A stretch of 64,000 nucleotides of DNA from Chrysomallon squamiferum (lineage: Eukaryota; Animalia; Mollusca). The stretch spans positions 14,446,001 to 14,510,000 of the forward strand of contig CM022665.1 in NCBI GenBank assembly GCA_012295275.1, written 5' to 3'. Of the stretch, positions 1 through 13,200 are shown in pieces; positions within the stretch are counted from its first letter, which is position 1, and each line of letters starts with the position of its first letter. Both the position numbers and the translations under genes were made by a program. The notes beneath the pieces were generated by a model. That model did no database searches. It was not told the DNA's origin and saw only the letters and a program-made list of their open reading frames with translations.

Positions 1-2207
1 GTTTATTATGCCTCTTTTAGCTGACAGTTTCATTTCCTATATTTCACTTGTCTTTGTAATTATGGTAACATTCTGTCCATGTGTAATAAAATTGCTGTAC
101 TGAGTGTTTATTAATGATTATGTATTTCAAAAAGAAAAAAGAAAGAAAAGAACTATCATTTGTTGTCTTAGTAAAAAGAAATGTTAAGAAATTACAAAAG
201 TATATTCCTAAATTTATATATACTTCATGTTTTTAATCAATTATGACTTTATTATTTAATTTTAATTAAATTTATTATTATATATGTATAGATATCCAAT
301 TGTATTTGCTTATTGAGTTAGAATTTCTACTAATAGATGAAGTAGCATCAGCTGGGTTTCCTCTCATATTTTTATACAATAAACATGATTAATAATAAAC
401 AATTATTAAAATATGCCATCCTTAGCCCAGTATATTAATTCATTTGAAAACAAAAACACAGCAACAACAACATTTTAAATTTCTTTACTGTATCATACAG
501 ATGACATTTCCTCTAATTTTTCCAATCCATTGAGCAGAACTTTTGAAGCTTTGAGCAAAAAATGGAAATAAAAAGTGGTCAAAACATTCATATTTTGTAA
601 ATTAAAATGAGAGGCAACATTCAGATGTGTTTGGCAACCACTCAGATTAGAGGGAACACTGCATATAAAAATATATAGCCATACACCTAAATCATTGGAA
701 TGTAAACTGGGCCCCCCCCCCAAAAAAAAAAAAATAACTGCCCAAACTATTAATACCTTATTCATACAAGTCTGTTTTAGCCTGTATAAAAATGTTTATT
801 AAATTGTTTACTAATTAATAAAAACATTTTTTTTTTTTTAAATTTGAAATTCCAAAGAGAAATATTTAACTGTTCTTTTGGAGTCACTGTATCTACTGCA
901 GTCCAGTTACATGAAAATAAATTAAAATTTATCCATAATGGATAATACTGATATCTTGTCAAACAAAAAAATTTATGCCAAAATTAGCATAATAACTTTG
1001 CTAATGGCTTATATAATAATGTAAATGATAGTGTCATTTCACAAAATTGCCTGAAATTAATTTTGGACCCAAGATCAAAGCAAGAGCTACGTTGAAACTT
1101 AAGCAAGAGCAGCACGACAGCACCAGTTAAAACAATCATGTATAATATACAAATTCTATAACCTTTGGGTTTTGGTGTAATTTTTGTGTTTATTTGTAAT
1201 AGTTGTAACAAAACTTTAATATTAAATTTATTTAAACTGCTGTACAGTCAAATATAAAAGCTGAAATGACTGCAGCTGTATTGAGAAAACAGAAAATAAT
1301 CAGTATCTTCCCAAAATATCAAAAATAACATTGAAGCAGTAACAATATGTCACCTTATTACTACACCTGTTATTATTATTATTATATATTTATTTGGTTA
1401 ACCAAGTTGCCGATCACTATGAAAAAGTATATACATTCTGATTCTAAATAAATCAAATCTAGGCAGCAAAAAACACAGACTATAAATTTAAAAAATGTTC
1501 AGTTATCAACCATATTTTTATTGTCTTGTTTTAATTTATAAAATTATCACAGTTTGATGGTTTTGTTATTATAAGTCAAAATAAAATAAATAGAAAATAT
1601 ATTCTGACATTAAAATAAATACTATGTAAAAAAATATAATATTAAAATTTAATAGGATAAATTTTTCATCAACATTTCATATATTTTATATGCAAATAAA
1701 ACCATCTGTACAAAAACAATTTTAAAACTAAATTGAAGAGAGAAAATAAAAATTTAAATACAGTGTATTAATAACAATCAGTAGGTCAAACCTGTTTTCA
1801 AATAAAACAATGATATAAAAATGAAGATTAAATATAACAGTGAAATATTATATTTATGAAAATAAAACCATGTTTTAAAAAAATGGGATCATAGATGACA
1901 TCTCAAGGCTTTCATCATTATTATTTTTTAATTATATAATATTAATACATATAAAACAGTAAATAAAACTTACTGCAGCACAACTTAAGTTCTTTGAAGA
2001 ACACATTATATATATATATATATATTAAAATGGTGTTTTTTATTTTTTTTATTTAAAGGATGTAATATAGAAGAGTATTTAAAAAGGTTTTGTGTTTTTT
2101 ATTATTAATAATACTGTTTGTTTTACATTTGAATCATTTTCTTTTCTTTATTTCTTCTTTTTTTCTTCTTTATTACATCAAACATTATTATTATATTATT
2201 TTGCTTA

Positions 2208-2249
<42 letters not shown>

Positions 2250-2250
<1 letters not shown>

Positions 2251-3282
2251 GATATCAGGGCATTTCCCCTCCAGTCAATTCCCACAGTCATTCCCCCTGG
2301 TGATCCCTATAGGTCATTTCCCCTAAGACAATTCCCACCTGCCTACCTGTTTTAACTGTCAAAATTGTTTCAGACCTATTCTTCCAGTTGCACACCATAT
2401 ATGCCTTGTATGAATCACAGCTTATCCCATGAGTGTATGCACTCCTTCCAGACAAGCAACAGGCCACTTATTCCAATCTGTTCCAGATTCTGAAGGATGC
2501 CACTGATAATCTCAGCCCTCAAACCATACTCATGGACTGTGAGATGCTGCTCTCAATGCTGCAAGTGCTACATTTCCAGATACTGAACTGCAGGGTTGTC
2601 TCCGTCACCTTGCTCAGTGTGTGTATCATCGTGTGCCAGCTTCTGGATTACAAGAGCACTACACAACAGATGCAGCCTTTTCTCAGTTTTAACATTCTTG
2701 CCACTTGCTGATGTTACTGAGATGTTTGAGCTTCTGCAAGGTGAACTATCTGAGGAACTTCAGCCTGTTACATACTATTTTGAAGACACCTTCATCAGCT
2801 GCAGAAACATGTCTTGTGGAATTGTTCTGCATGTGTGGAAGCAGGTCTACCTTGCACAACAACAACACTGAAAGGCTGGCATTGCCGCATGGTTCCAGCT
2901 GTCTGGGTGTTTCTGGATGTTCTGAAAAAAGAACTATCCCTCAATGCTGTAACAGTGCACCAGATACTGGCTGAAGAAGCCAAACCACAGCATCGCATCT
3001 ACAGAGACATCACCCAGTGGCCTCAGACTCTGGTCACAGAATATGGCAACAGAGATTGCCTGGACTTCCTCTGTTGTGTTGCTCACAATCTCCAGATGTA
3101 AAATGTGTCCAAAAGATTATGTAACTACATGCAATATGAAATGTTTCAAACAAACAATTTATATTATATACAATTGTCTTTTTATATCCAGTCAATCCAT
3201 ACAAGAGATCAATTATCCTTGACATGGTAGGCAGGAGGAAATGACTGGAGGGAAAGGTCCAGGGGTGAAATGCCCTAGAATC
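2250..3282 (+). mobile_element. Decayed Mutator/MULE DNA transposon with sub-repeated TIRs and frameshifted transposase
   Basis: Left end GATATCAGGGCATTTCCCCTCCAGTC...CCTGCCTACCTGT (2251-2350) matches the reverse complement of 3222-3282 (GATTCTAGGGCATTTCACCCCTGG...TTTCCCTCCAGTCATTTCCTCCTGCCTACCATGT). Internal frames give MULE transposase motifs FFQLHTIY..LIP*VYALLPDK..TY..LF.ILK, LSPQTILMDCE, GCLRHLAQCV, TTLKGWH, VWVFLDVLKKE and FLCCVAHNL, broken by stops and frameshifts. Confidence 0.88.
2360..3101 (+). pseudogene. MULE transposase pseudogene fragment (central and C-terminal part)
   Basis: ORFs 2433-2711, 2596-2871 and 2814-3101 are consecutive frameshifted pieces of one transposase. There is an in-frame TGA just before VYALLPDK, and the N-terminal part is missing. 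Confidence 0.8.
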
Positions 3283-3755
3283 ATAAGCAGGTGATTCATT
3301 CTTTAAAGCTCACTTAGTATCAGTATCTTTGTACCATACTTGATCTTCTGTCTTCTACAGTTTCACACACAAAAATAAGTAATAAATACACAATGAAAAT
3401 TGAAAGACAATATTTCATGATGTACCCTCTTTCACCTGAGATATGCTATATACAGCATATTATTATTATTATCAAACTCCTAATAAGCAATATGCATTAC
3501 CAGTTTAAGAAAATTATGTTTTCATACATTGCACTACATCAAAATAAAGAATAAGCATAAATAATTTATAAAATTTATCATTAAACAAAATATCCTAAAA
3601 TATCCCACGATATGTGCATGAAATAAATACTTTGGTGATACAGATGTACCAGCTATGTTCTAGCAATTTAAACTGTATCTTTTCACACCTGTTTCTTTGT
3701 CTGACTTTAAAGAATGCAGTTAAGAAATGCTATTTGTAATATATATTTAAAACAA

Positions 3756-4305
3756 TTATTTTTGTGCAGTGAGTTCAACAACTGTTGAATCATCACCGCT
3801 GTCCTTGACCAGCCATTTGTTACACACAAAGTGATAGTCAACAGTCTGTGACACTCGGCCAACACTAGATCTGCGATCCTTTTTCAAGTCTTGTAATTGT
3901 TCTGTAGCTTCTTCTGTTGACAAGTATTTTTTCACTGTGACCTGTCCAAAATAACATGAATGAAATTAAATAAAATGAAAAATATTATAATTATGCAAAT
4001 CAGGTAAATAAATATATATATATATTTTTTAATATTATTATGATTATTATTATTCCAGGTAAGTCAGTTTGTTTTTAATAGTCTTAATAATTATAAAGTT
4101 ATGACTTACAGTATATTAGCATACTAATACAGTAATGGCAAATTAGTAAATGAACATTATCAAATGCTACAGCCTTGAACTTGAATAGAATAATTATGTG
4201 AAGGTATAACAAGAATACAGATGTGTTTGTGTACATTTATGTACATATTTTTCTGTTTTTAGGAGCCATAAAAAATAAATTAATTTCACAAATTATTATT
4301 CTTTC

Positions 4306-4385
<80 letters not shown>

Positions 4386-7300
4386 CACACAAACTTTAAA
4401 CAGTAATACATAAACACATTATAATTATAACATAGAAATCTTAATACTGACATCATGTAAATGCCATCCAGCACCAAATCCTGCATTATCATGTCCAATA
4501 ATGATCTTCTCCAGATGTCCTACATTTGGTGCTTCTAACTGTAAAACAAAACAGAAAGAAATGTTTTAATGAATCCATTAACATATTTCTAATCTGCAGT
4601 CATGTAGAATTATGCTTGTCCTTGAGGATCATACAGATCATGAAAGTGGAAGCTTAATTCCACCTCATGATAGTCAACTTTATTTCATTTAGCACCCAGG
4701 GATTTTTTTTGTCATGTGCACAATCCAGAGACAGCAAAGCACATGGTCTATAATATTTTTAAAATGTATTAAATACAAAATTTATATTTTTTTATTAAGA
4801 TACATGTTGAAAGAATGGAAATTTACTAAAATTACATTACATTCGTGTTATCAAATAATGTTATCAGTCAATCAGTCAGTCCAATCACTAATACCATAAC
4901 ACTAACACAAACACTCTTCTACTGAAACAAAGTACTTTTCTCTGTCATTAATTTTATCCAAGAAGAACTTGCTTCAGATTACAATAGATACAAAGCACAT
5001 TTCAAATTGACCAATTGATTGTCTCACCTCAAAAATATCAGTCTTTCCTCTCTTAAAATTGTTTCCACCATCTTTTAATGGAATTTTGTCCGTTTTTCCC
5101 TTTGATCCAACAAACTGTATGAATACATGGGCATCAGTGCTGGCCAGTGGAATGTCACTTGTTGTGACATACACAAAATATTTCACAGGATTACCATGAT
5201 CAGCAGAAGCTGAAAGTGAAGAAAAAAGTTCTGTACCGGAAAGTAAAATATACTGTGAAATTTATAATCAAATCAAAAACTGGACTGATGTGTATTAGTT
5301 TAACTAATACCTTCTTGCAATAAATAAAAATCAGATAATATTTAATTGAAATTTATTACTGAATACAGAAAATGTGAACTGAAAGCTTGATCATAGTTAA
5401 AAATAATTTTGCATATTTTGTATGTTAAGAATATAAAAAAAATTAAAAAAAATAAAAAATAAAAAATAAAAAAATTACATACTCTGATATGCAGGTTTTT
5501 ATTTTTTAATATTTAATTTTATATCTTTTGTTTGTAAAAGTTTCAGAACAAAAGATTTACTAAATGATTTGAGAAATGCAGAAAAAAACCCAAACCACTT
5601 CCCCCAAAACCAACACCAATAATTAACCATCATTAATATTTTAAAAAATTTATCAGAAGAACTTGCACTAAAGTTTCTTTCCCTACTTGCTCGTCTTCCT
5701 TTCTCTCTATAAAAAGTTTCTTTTGTCTTGTATTCCAGCTCTCTGTAAGTGATTTCATCCTGAAGCCAGTTCTGGTGGACAAAATAATACTCATCATAAA
5801 ACGGAACTTGAAGAAGGTGGCCATCTTTGTCAAATACCTCTTTCAGTTTGCTTTTTTTCACTGCTGATTTATTTTCTTTCTTCAGCAGATTGAGACGATC
5901 CAAAACCTCTTCTTCTGTCAGGTATTTTTTTACTTTCACCTGGGAGTAAAATGATAATTTATTTGAAACTCGATATCACAGACAGTGAGAATCAGTGCTT
6001 CTACACGTGATTTGGGGACCTTTCCCTAACACATATTGAAATTAATTAGATATGTTGTTATTAATTTAATAGAAAATTGTTTTCAAAATATCTCCATTGC
6101 TCTTTGCATATAGCAGCATATTTGTTATCTTCATTTTATAAAAAATGATCATCTGAAATCTTTGATAATGAAAGAGGTGAGATACTGTTAAAGAAATATT
6201 CATTCATTTATTTAGTTGTATATGTTTTCATTTATTAATTCATTCAAATAAAGATAAAAGAAATAATTATACAAACGAAGGGAGATAACTATAGTTACAT
6301 CTTCAAGGTACCAGCCAGCTGCAGGTCCTGTATTGTCATGGCCTATCACTATAGATTTGAGATCACCAACATTCTGTTCATGAAACTGAAAAATTAAGTT
6401 AGTTGATTAAAAAATACAAAAATGTCTCGTGCTGCAGTAATTATAATTTACTTAAATTTAAAAACCAAAAAGAAAAGAAAAGAAATAGGTTTCACTGGTT
6501 GTGAATTTAAATAAACATTACTGAATACAAAGAAAAAAAAAGATGAAATTAATAATAATAATAATAAATAACTAAGTAAATAAAAACCATGCTGTCTTAC
6601 AATAAATGTTTCTGTCATATTCTTTTCAAAGTTGTTGGAATCATTATCCATGAAATGTTTTGGTGATGTTCCTTTTCTCCCTACAAACTGGATAAAGACA
6701 TTGGCATCAGTTCCAGCAAACATCACGTTTCCTGTGTGCACGGTCACTTCATATTTACATTTGTTTTCTAAAAAAAAAAAAAATTAAATAAATAAATATA
6801 TTTTAAAAATCCCTCAATTTACTGTATAAATCTACACTCTGTATAAAATTAGTTAATTTTGTTATCCATGTATCTCTACAAAACATATGTAATACATCTG
6901 AATACTGTACAAAAAACTTTAATTTAATGTATGTATTATATTAAGCAAAACAAACTATTATATCCATGAACTTCGAAGCCAATTTAAAATCTGTCGGTCT
7001 TTGATTATCCAAGATACGTTTTGAATTTTATCTTCAATGAAAATTGTATATTGTCATTATTGCTCTCTTGGTTATTTTGTTTTCTGATATTGTGCACTTT
7101 GTTGAATTTTGTTGAAAAGTAATAAAATAAAAACTTGTTAAGAATGATTGATAAAGATTAATAGAGAAAGAAACAGAGAGAATAAGTGAGACAGAAAGTG
7201 ATAAATTTTATAACAGAGAAATTAACTATCGGTTTCCAAAGGTTTTACCATCCAGTTCAGAGTTGCTTCCTAAGATGGGGAACTCTTTAAATGTGCGACC

Positions 7301-8762
7301 CTCAGCTTCATCTTTGGCAATCCAGCACTCACACTTTATAGTGTAATCCTCATACTGGGGAAACTTATCTGGATCTACTTCAAGTCTATCTTCATCACTG
7401 TCATCATCATCATCATCTTCATTAACTTTTGAATGTCGATGTGTCCTTTTTTTTCTTTTTGCTTGCTTTATTTTCTCAATAATTTCTTCCTTTGTCAAGT
7501 ATTTTCTTACATTAACCTAAAATGAATAAATTGAAGACAAATATAATGCCAAAAAAATACAATGTCACATTTTTTTTTTTTTTTTTTTTTTTAAATTAAA
7601 TATTTTGAGAATAGAAAAATAGTTGCTAAGTAATTTTTCAAAAATAATTACAGTGTTTATTGTTTCGGTTAATGAATTAATGAATATTTATTTGATGACC
7701 TCTTTACACCTTCAAATATGAATTTCATTAAAATTAAACTTCTATATTCAGTGATTTATTGATGAAAGGCTAGTTGATAGCAGCAAGGGATGTTTTCCAA
7801 ATCTGAAATCATAGCCTTTAATAAATCAATCAAGGAACAGCAGCTAGAAAGGTAAACAGCCAAAAGAATGCACTGTAAAGCATCGATCTTGCAGCCAAGA
7901 AAATTTTATGCAACAGATCTAACAGAAAAGCATTTAATTTAGAACATTTTTTTTTTTTTTTTTTTTTTTGTACTTACCTCTTGCACAAACCAACCAGCAC
8001 CAGGTCCAAAATTATCATGACCTAAAATGATCGACTTCAAGGAACCCACTGTTGGGGCTTCAAGCTGAAATATTAACCATTAAAACCCTTTTTGAAAAAA
8101 ACAAACAAATAAAATAAAACACATGACACACATATATACATACACGTACAAAGATATACTAGTGATAAAAAAGTAAAAATAATTCTTTTTTTAATTTTAA
8201 AAATTAATTTTTATAAGTATTTTAATAATGATGATGATAATTGTAATGGTGCATCCTATGCAAGCGAAGAGCAATTTTTCTAGAAACCATTGATTTCAGT
8301 TGCAGCATCCTAACTGCACATGTATGGTATGACACTTTCAGCTAGTTGAGTGTGCAACAAAAATATATTAACCAATCACAAAGAAAATTATTTCCCCAGT
8401 ACATGAAAATAGCAAGTAATGTGTGTGTTTTATTAATAACATGCATGCAGAACTGGATTATGAGGCCCTAAGCACTAAACATTTTGTGCTCCCATACATT
8501 TGTAATTCAAAATATAAACAATAGTAAACCATAAAACATAATTTTATTTATCAAAGATTCGAAATTAAACAAAACTTACAGTAAGAAGGAAAATAATATT
8601 TATTTCTGTATACTTCCATTTTATTTATAGTTGAATAACGATGTTTTTATATGAAGAAGTTTTTTGTTGCACCAACATATTGAAGGTGATGATATTTTTT
8701 ATTAAGATTTAATTTAAAGATTCAACTTAAACATAGTTTACTGTTATAAATAAATATAAATA

Positions 8763-8801
<39 letters not shown>

Positions 8802-10260
8802 ATATTAAAACAAACCTCAAATCTGTCAGTAGCTCCTCTTTCAAAATTGTTTTGATAGTCATCCAGTTTCAGTTTCTTTGTAGTTCCCTTTGGTCCGACA
8901 AACTGAATGTAAACATTAGCGTCTGTCCCTGCAAACCGGACTTCACCTGTTTTTACTGTCACAATATACTTCACCTTTTTACCTATAACAAAAACAACAT
9001 TCATAAACTTATGATGAAAAGATTGTAGAAACATTTCAAGAGTTTCAGAAAGCCAGTGTAATGCATTTTAATCTTTAAAACGTCAGAGAGAACAATTATT
9101 AGAATGAAACAGTTCATTCATTTATCACCAAAAATTCAGCGAATTCAGGTTGTGCCATTTAAATAATCTAATGAATTTCTTTGAGATTGTTAAAGTACTA
9201 AATTATAAATTGATTTGATTAATTTTAACTCTATTTGTGCTCCACGTGTTTTAAATATTTTAATTCTTATTTTTAATTTTATATTTATTGATAAAGTCAA
9301 TATTGTGAAGACATACCAAAATTATTTCTCAAAATGATTCCTTAAATCATTCTAATGTACAAAATAATATACATCAACATATATTAATGACCAATTCTAT
9401 TTCTGTCATCCAAATTTCTAATTCAAAACCAGTTAATATTATTACATTCTCCAGCATAAATATTAATAAAAATAAATAAATAATAATAATCAAAGTAATA
9501 GTAATAGTAATAATAACAGTAATATTCCATGATTTCATCATGCAAAAATATCACACTGCAAACTACACATAAAAGCCACAAAATGATTTGACATGCAAAG
9601 TGTTTTATATAAACTCTTCAAAACTGACAGAACAAGCTGTACTTAGTGTAAAGTACTTGTTTCGGGACTGATAGGTGGTAGGATCAATTTTTCTTATTGC
9701 ACTGATTTTCCTATTTGCCAATGCAACCAGTACCTAAACCATGTGTATCTTTTTTTATACATTTCAAAACTAACAATGAAGGCTGTAGCTCAAGGAGAGA
9801 GGGAATGCCTCAGAAATTTTTGGTGGTGAGATAATTATTTATTAGTCTATCCACCTGGCTGTTTTTCATGCCAACCAACACTTGAAAACTGAGGTTTATG
9901 CTTCCCTAGCATTTGTTATTTGCTTTCAATTAGTAACAGTAGTCCAAATAGAGTTGTAATTTTTATCAGTTTTTACTGAAACAGTGATCTTCAGTGAAAT
10001 ATGGTTCTGTGGCCAGACATTACAACACCTACTTCCAACATAACATGATATTGTGGCCAGGTGAAAAAAAAAAAATATATATAATTCTGTGTTTAATTAT
10101 TCAAAAAAACAGGCAAGTGACAGAAAAATATAAATAATAATAAAATAAAAAAATATATATGGAAATTGGAAACTGTTTATAAGATTATAAAATTGTGGAA
10201 AAAGAAACAAAAAACAAAAGCTAAATAATTAATTTAAAGATAATTTTATATAATTTTTGA

Positions 10261-10291
<31 letters not shown>

Positions 10292-13200
10292 AATATAAAT
10301 AAACAAATAATAACATTACATACTGCACATAAAATATAAAAAACCCTTAAAACCATAACCCTTTTGCTATCCATGCTATGATTTTGTCAACAATCAACAA
10401 AAATTTAGGCCAATGATGCAATATAGTCAAAAATAGTTATAAAATATTGTCACTGAAGCTTTAAGCAAGCACTGAAGTTTCATGCAAAAATAACAACCTG
10501 TGCTTATGAAGTCAAAATATGAATTAAATAATGGAAAGAAAAAGATTAAAAAAAAAAACATTTGCACATTTCACCTTGAGTCAAAACCATCTGTTTTTGA
10601 TTTCCTGTGGTTTTATTGTAAAAGTAAAAAAATAAAAACATAATAAAGACAAAATTATTGTATCAAACTTATTGTGAATAACTAACTGAACATTTTGTTA
10701 CAAATCTTTGGTTAAGAAAATAAATTTATGAAACAAAAACACCATCATGATGATATTAAAAACTTTATATAAATTACACTGAGAATAGATACCTTAGAAA
10801 TATCCACACAGACACACAACTATAAGAACAAATAAATATATATCTGGTATAATATACCTTTTACTCATAACCATAATTTATATTTTATTACAACACACAC
10901 ACACACTCCACACACTCCACACACACACACACACACTCAGCTTCCTATCAACAAACCCTGCCCCTGTCAGAGAGATATAGATGAACAAACAAACAAAATC
11001 AATTTTACCTCGTGTCAGTTCTTTAGGTAATGTCCTCTTTGCTTTGATCTCCCTCCACAGTGACCCATCCCCAGCGTCTTTGGACAGCCATCCTCCATAG
11101 AGAAAATAGTAAATCTTCTTTGGGTTTTTAATGTCTTGTATAATTATCTATAATCAAGACACTGACATTTAAACTACATTAGAAAATCAATTAGATTTAT
11201 CATAAAGAAAATAATTAATTAACAATGTAAAGAGATAAGAATGTAATTCGTCACAAAACAAACATAAAATCCACACTCAGTTATTTATCAGCACTCACAT
11301 GCTGAAATTCTTTCACGAATATCCAGTTTTGGAGAAACTTCCTATTTTCAGTTATCTAGCAAAAGGCATAAGCAGTATTATATATCTGATAATGAAATGA
11401 CAAAACAAGACTCTGGATGTTCAAAGGTTTGATCAAGTGTTAACACAAAATGGTTTACTACATACTATTCTAATGCTTACTTTTTCCTCATTTACTACAA
11501 GTTCACAAGAGAAAAAAGGAAATGTCAATCTCCATATTATAGTTATTGGAATAAAATAGTTATTTAAAATATGTCTGGGTTAGATATTTAAATAGTAATA
11601 ACTCACTCTGTCAAGATACCAGCCTGGAGCCAATCCAGACCCATCATGTTCGATCCTGTTTTAACAAAAATAATTATTCTTTAATTTAAATTTAATAATA
11701 TTTATTATCTCTTTACCTGTAATGTGAATATGTGTTGTTATATATATGTTTCCATTTTCAATAGTTTTACACATGCAATTAAATGTATTTATGCCTGTGT
11801 GTGTTAGTTTGTTTGTGTGTGTGTGTCTATTTATAAATATACATACATACATACATTCACATATGATGTATGTGAATAATAATAATAATAATTATTATTA
11901 TTATTATAGTATGACAACTTTATATTTAATAATTATAACATATATAAGTAATTTAGTATGATATATCTTTAACAATTATGTAAATTTGAATTTGATAATA
12001 ACAGCCAGTCAAACCACTAATAACCTTAATTTCAGTTTGAATTAGAAGGGAACTAACTCTAACAACCCAGATTTGCAAATCATTGCCAAATCCTGTGATA
12101 GTAGTTTAGATTAATTATTTTAAACATTAATTAACAATTACTATAAAATATTGTATTATTCTTTACATTACAATTTGCTAAAACTGACAGAAATTTTTCA
12201 GAAGATGATTTAACATTAAACACTGATAACTTTAACATAAAGATTAAATATTAACTGCATTCATTTTTTATGGTTGTTACACATAAGTTTATAATAAAAC
12301 AAACTCACAGACATTATTTACAAAATAAAGCAGCACATAATAAAATTTACAGTGCTAGCAAAGTACTTGAAGAACTGTGGTAAATTTTAATTTTAAATCA
12401 TATTTATATTTAATGTATGTTTACAACTAGTATATTGAGTATATACCTGATTTTCTTAATTTCTCCAACATCTCTGATTTTGATCTTAAATTTGTCAGTT
12501 TTGTCTCTTTCAAAGGGATCCTCATCGGGGGCATCAAGATGAATTTTGTTACTGATTCCTTCAGTACCATAGATCTTAATATAGACCTTGGCATCTGTTC
12601 CAGCAAAACGTTTCTTTCCAGTTACCACGGTAATGTCATATTCTTAAAGAAAATAGTTTTAAATTTTATGTTACCATAGGTATGATAGCAATAATATTAT
12701 ATTCTTGTAGAAAACATTTTCTAAACTTCAAAGTTATATTAGAATTTTTATTATTATTATTTTTTTAAACTTTGTTATTATCCATCTTTATATTTTAAAT
12801 TTATAAAATTTTTATATTACAAAATAATTCCATGTTCTTACTGAATACTTTAAAAAAAAAAAATTGTTTTGGTTTATTCTAATTTTTATTATTCTTTCTT
12901 TTAAAAAGTTCCATTAGCTCATAAAATGACTCATCTTAGGACCACCATTTTTCTGTTTATATTACAGTTCAAAAATTTGAAATTTCTGTAATAACGAGAA
13001 AGTTAACACATAATAAAAAACTTTTTAACACTAATCTAGAGTTTCAAAAATATAACATTTATTTATTGTTTATTATTATGTGATTATACAATATGTTACT
13101 AAAAGTCAAAAGCAAACATGTATTTATTTTGTTTGGTATATTAATTTTTAACAAAACTGACAATTTCATTTTAAATGATACATTTAGTAAAAGCAAATTT

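Noticed and set aside
493-1211. Three short minus-strand ORFs
   Set aside because: AT-rich, homopolymer-driven, with no recognisable motifs or consistent splice structure.
9781-9815. tRNA-like GGCTGTAGCTCAAGGAGAG
   Set aside because: Only an A-box-like stretch, no B box or cloverleaf; at most a SINE remnant.
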